Below, piece after piece: positions 58,734-64,000 of a stretch of 64,000 nt of DNA. Source of the DNA: the human T2T-CHM13v2.0 reference genome, Homo sapiens. The notes beneath the pieces are model-generated. The model was not told where the DNA came from. It ran no database searches and saw only the letters and a list, made by a program, of their open reading frames with translations. The stretch lies in NCBI RefSeq assembly GCF_009914755.1, contig NC_060927.1, one strand, 5' to 3'. The translations under genes and the position numbers were made by a program. Position 1 is the first letter of the stretch, and each line of letters starts with the position of its first letter.

Positions 58734-59921
58734 GCAGTTTTTAAATTGTGCAATGCTATTAGGAAATTCAATTGTGCACCAGCATACCCATTAAATATAA
58801 CTTACTTACAAATTACATACATGTATTTCTATACTAATATCTTACATATTATAGGAATTCATAAAAATAGCCATTTTAAATGAGTGAACTTTAAAAAAAT
58901 TAACGAGAAACATATGTTCTAATATTTTCTTCCCGCATCATACTAAATCCATTTGCATAGCAACTAAGGTGTGTGCACAGTACTTCGAAGACTACTAAAC
59001 CTGTTCACCAATGTTTAATGCATTTGACCTTAATATTTAAATAATGAATTTGTAAAGTGAAAGCATGCTCATTGAGCTATTTTACCGATGAATAAATATT
59101 TTTCAAAATGCATTGTGAATTTAATAAATACATGTCCATGTAGGAAAACAACTTAAGAAATGTGTTTTTCCTCAAACTTTTTCAATTTCCCTGAAACAAA
59201 ATTATGTTATGATTTTAGATTGGTAATTGAAATAATATATGGCATGAAATAAGCATCCACGTTTGGTATTTTAATGGAGAATATAAATATTTTATCTAAT
59301 AGCTCTAGTTCTTTACTTTTGTACTAATCAATATGAATTAAACTTGATGACATGCCAATATACATAGACTACAGTCATTAAATAGTGTCTACAGTTAATA
59401 AAATATTGACTAATTGTGATTATTTACTAATTTTTTCTTTAAAAGTAATGAATGTCTTATTGTTTAGTGTTATAATTCATCTTATTGCTACAATAATTCT
59501 TTTAAAAACTTTTGAACAAAAAGGGCAACAGCAACAGACCCAGTTGCTGAAGATGTGTTGTATATAAAAAATGTCCTATCATTTTAAAATCTTTTATTTT
59601 AAAACATAGATATCTGTAAATAAATGTATATGTGTGTATGTTTATATCTGTAAACCATAGGGTTTGCAAAAAGAAGGAAGTGATTCCACACAGGAAATTC
59701 TTGTAGTAGGTGCTCAAATCTTCAAGATTAAGGATGAAAAGAAAATATTTGAGGTCAAAAGGGAGAAAACAGCTTAAGATACCTCACTAATTATTCCCCA
59801 GAGCCTTCAAAAGCCTTACTTTAGATCTAATGCAGAATAAGAATATATTAAATGGAAAAAGGAAAAAATTGCCTCAAGTAAAAATCATTAGCTAGAACAT
59901 TTTAAAAAGTAGGGATGCCTG

Positions 59922-60195
59922 GGCCGGGCGCGGTGGCTCACGCCTGTGGTCCCAGCACTTTGGGAGGCCGAGACGGGCGGATCACGAGGTCAGGAGATCG
60001 AGACCATCCTGGCTAGCGCGGTGAAACCCCGTCTCTACTAAAAATGCAGAGAAATTAGCTGGGCGTGGTGGTGAGCACCTGTGGTCCCAGCTGCTCGGAA
60101 GGGAATGGCGTGAACCCGGGAGGCGGAGCTTGCAGTGAGCCGAGATCGTGCCACTGCACTCCAGCCTGGGTGACAGAGCGAGACTCCGTCTCAAG
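59922..60195 (+). mobile_element. AluY with clustered A>G changes, a deletion of about 11 nt and almost no tail
   Basis: Y diagnostics; 17-bp TSD aaaagtagg(g/c)atgcctg at 59905-59921 and 60196-60212. Confidence 0.95.
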
Positions 60196-62564
60196 AAAAG
60201 TAGGCATGCCTGTATTTGAGATATCTTGACAAAAGTACTGAACTTCACATCCTTATGAATGGAGAAAAATGATACGAAGAGTTGGGTCATTGATATTTAT
60301 CTTATGAATATGGTCCCAATCAGAAGGGATGAACATTTTGGTCGATTTCTTTTCCATATAGAATGTGGCTGAATAGATGGTGCTAAATGGCCAAGTTGCT
60401 GTAATTTTTGACTGGAGAGAATTTTGTCATTACCAGCCCAGGATTTTCTTTTCTCAACCTTTTCCTGCTGCACAGTTTTTTTTTTTTTTCCTACTTCCCT
60501 CCTCCATACCTTTGTATTTTTCGTTTTATACCATCACAACCTTCTCAGAGAAGGACCTGCTCAGTTCATTCACAATGAGGTATAAATGGTTACTAAAGAT
60601 GATTGTGCTTTGTTTTAGGAGAAATTGCATTGAAGATGAAGAAATAAATCTCTAAAGGTAAAATTTCAATTGTCAATCCATATCTGAGGGAGACATTTTG
60701 GCAAGTCTTTCTCAGCTACCACATTTCCTTATCCCTGATATCTTGCCATGTATGAAGTTAACTATTTGGCAGAGGGTAAGAGTGATCCATGAGTAGGTTT
60801 TATGAAAGCACTTTGGTAAGTGTAACTCACCATAAAATTGTAATTTGGGGAAATAATTATTACTGGGCTACTACACTTTTTTCACCAAATGCCTTTGCTT
60901 ATAATTTTTATCTAATAGCACACTTATTTTGGTTTTATGTAATCTCATAACATCTCTATAGTTCTGGAAGGAAATTTTTAAACTTGCAAGTGCTATTTCA
61001 AAGTCAAGGTGTTCAGTGTTATCTGTTTAAAGACACTGCGAAGTTATAATAGTTGAATTACACTAAATACAGTTCTCATGAATATCTGTGACAACTTCTA
61101 CTCAATCAGCTGCTGCTCTCTTCCAACAATCTCCTTTTTCTAGCAATTGCCTCTCTTCCATCAGTTCATTCCCTAGTTCTTCCAGAAGGTTTATTGTTTC
61201 TACATGAGTCTGCCTTCCTGACCACAGCTCCAGGCAGGGCCAATAATACCTCTCTGAGATATTTTAAATCTTCAGCCTGGCTGTCACTGAGGTGTACAAA
61301 TCAGTACTTTGTCGGGGTTATATTTTCTATGAGGACAGAAATAAAGACAGAGAAGGAGCTGTGGTGACATTTATTTAGCAGCTTTTGAGTTGTTCCTGTG
61401 GCCTCACTGTGATTTTATTGTCCTGAGGCTTGGGGATTGGACACTTCAGTATCCAAGCAGTAGTACCATTTATTAATAAAGTTAATTTGAACTGGATTTC
61501 TGTCAACTGAAGTGCTTCTCATAGAACAGTTCCAGGATCAAGCACACCAAAATCATCAAATTTTTAAATATGCAGATTTGAGACCTAGTTAATAAGAATC
61601 ACTGGAATTCTGCAGATTAATCTAATTATGACTATTAAACATTTAATAACTGAGAGGAGTGACAGACCAAAAATAGGGGGCTTACAAAGAAGAGCCAGGA
61701 TACGAGCAGGCTTAGCAACAATGTTTACTTTTAATATGTTTGAGTCTAAAATATCCTTGCCATCTAGCCAGCATTTGGGTATATGTTTTCCCAGGGAAGG
61801 GAAAGGGGAGTTGATGGGAAGAGAATGTTAAGGTTAAGGAATGAGTGGTTCGTAACTGTACCTACTTTGTTTTCTTTCTGGCAACACAGTTGAACTCTAC
61901 AAATATTTAGAAAAAACATAGGTAGCAAATAGTTTTTTTCCCCAAGTAAAATGGTAATATAAATTCCTTAGATTTTGACTAAAAGATTTGATTATTGTAA
62001 TTTTACATTGAAATTAGATGGCTAAGTGAGCCACTTACATATAGATGATCCAATGAATGTAATAAATATTGACCAAGTTTTGGTTGCTTGAAGTACTTTT
62101 CTATAAAAGCCATTTCCTATTTCTGTACCCTTGTTCAAACAAATAAAAGTAATTAATTGGGAAACATTTTTAGTTTTGAGTGTACTCAGAAAGTCAATGA
62201 TTCATCACATTCAATAAAAGGCCATTTTGGAGTCTGTGCTTTGAAGTAAAACAGGAGACTGAATGAAAATCAGGTAATCCGGTTAGAGAAAATAGTAAGA
62301 CAACAGAGAAAATTATTGTACACCTCCTCCAAGCCCCTTACAATGGCTTAAATTTGCCATACCAAATTTGAGTGAAATAACTCTATATGATTGCAATTAA
62401 TCCTTAAGGCAACACCGAAGGATCAAAAAAAATGCTTAAGGGGGGAAAAAGCTTGACTTTTTGTGTTTCTACAGTGCCTCATTGCATACAAATGTTACTA
62501 TGGACGTTGCTTTTTATAACAATATCTCAGAACTTTTGATGTTGGATGTAAGAGAAAACTAAAC

Positions 62565-62660
62565 TGTGTCACAGGTTACTGCTGTCCTCCTAAATCTACT
62601 TTCTCCTTCTTCCTTAGTAAACAAGTTTTAGCTGGGCATGAAGTTAGACTATATTTTCTT
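62565..62660 (+). mobile_element. MLT1J-like LTR 5' fragment
   Basis: 'ctaaatctactttctccttcttccttagtaa...ttttagctgggca...agactatattt'. Confidence 0.45.
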
Positions 62661-63404
62661 TGTGTATGGACAAAAACTTGTATTGAAATTCTGCAGGAAC
62701 ATCACATTCCATACAATTAATTAGTTTATTAGGGTAATTACTATCCCTGGAAATTAATGATTTCTTAAGGTAAATTTAAAAAAAAATGAAAAGTTAGAGG
62801 AATTCTGTAACTCCACCTCATTTTGCTGCAGTTTTTTTGGCACTAAAAGTATATCTTTTTAGTCCAACTATAACAAAATCCTATATCTCAGAATTTATAA
62901 TTTTGTGGCTATGTTTATGTCACTGATTTTCACACAACTGTTTCAATATATAGAAAGTTTGAGAATATAATAGTAGAAGAGAAAAGTAATACATGGTATA
63001 ATCTTTATATTATATATAATATAATCTTATCTTTATAAGTTCTGGTATAAATTCAGTGTTGGGAGTCAACTCAAAACACTTTGTTGCATTTTTCACTTTT
63101 TTTTTTTGACTCTCCATCAGCACCCGCTGCTCAAAACACAGAGACTATTTAAGATGTCAACCCCTTCACATACAATTATTGTGTGTCTATAAATTCCTAG
63201 GCACTGAGGCAATTAAAATAAAAGTATCAGCCTTTTCCCCAGAGACTTTGCAATCTAAATGAGGAGACTAGACCACTTATTTTCTAAAAATGTAAAACAC
63301 TTAAACATTATTTCATTATTAAATTATCTAATGAAAAAATAAGAGAATACATAATATATATTATATAGAAAATATATGCATACTATATATGTGATAATCA
63401 CATA

Positions 63405-63610
63405 TAGTGGTATGCTGGTAAATGTTTAACAACTGATGCACTAGGAAAAAGAAAAGTCTTGTATCTTTTGCCAATTTCTGTAATGTAAATACTTTTATCA
63501 TGGCGCAACATCAAGGTACTAATGTGAAATCAACTGGCTTACAAAATTCCTTAAATTTTAAAAACCTGCTCTCATGATCTGGTACACGCCAGTTCCAGAA
63601 CACCACCACT
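63405..63610. mobile_element. MER63-like hAT DNA transposon
   Basis: Inverted termini 'agtggtatgctgg' and 'ccagaacaccac'. Confidence 0.7.
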
Positions 63611-63654
63611 CAAATGTCTAGTGAGATTAGAAATTATTTCTATAGAATTTGCAG

Positions 63655-63930
63655 AATAATTCACTTTATTAAGCATCTACTAAAAGCAAGTACTGTGTTC
63701 AACATTAGAAACAAAAAGATGATTATCGTCTGCCTTCAGATTTTATAGTGTAGTAGGAATGCAATTGGAAAAGTAAATCACTAACTTTAAACACTACCAT
63801 TAAGCGTTGCAATAAGGGAAACACAAAGGAGGTAGCAAGTCACTAGGTAATGGATTCAAAAAGCTTCCCAGTGGTGATACCCGAGTCTGGTGTTGGACAC
63901 GGGTAGGAAGTACTTATTGTCAAGCAGTAT
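63655..63930 (-). mobile_element. L2 fragment
   Basis: 'ttattaagcatctactaaaagcaagtactgtg...tctgccttca...ttatag'. Confidence 0.55.
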
Positions 63931-64000
63931 TGGTGACCTGACTTTAGCAGCCCTAACACTTAAGGTTAGGCCAAGGCTGTGTTTACAGACATTTTGGAGA

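Overview
AT-rich, CpG-depleted human non-coding DNA. An AluYb8 carrying its diagnostic 7-nt duplication points to Homo. The window is intergenic or deep-intronic. I can support no host protein-coding exon, RNA gene, CpG island or CRISPR array, and every ORF with recognisable homology is a transposon remnant (L1 ORF1/ORF2, HERV-L pol, Alu read-through). Roughly half of the window is recognisable interspersed repeat: 13 Alu/FLAM copies, a near full-length old L1MD/L1MC-like element split by a full-length L1MA1-3-like element, two 5'-inverted (twin-primed) L1s, a 5'-truncated HERV-L with its MLT2A LTR plus a second half MLT2A LTR, MaLR LTRs, DNA transposon fossils, MIR/L2 and STRs. I found no convincing new multi-gene system. 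The most unusual signals are: (1) a young AluY with nine sense-strand A>G changes in ADAR-like context, (2) a perfect 100-bp duplication with a fold-back templated insert, (3) an opposite-strand L1 fragment replacing part of another L1's 3'UTR, and (4) a DUX4-motif/MLT2A/HERV-L layout that could form an early-embryo transcription unit. Repeat subfamily calls come from remembered consensus features, not a RepeatMasker run, and boundaries of old elements are approximate.
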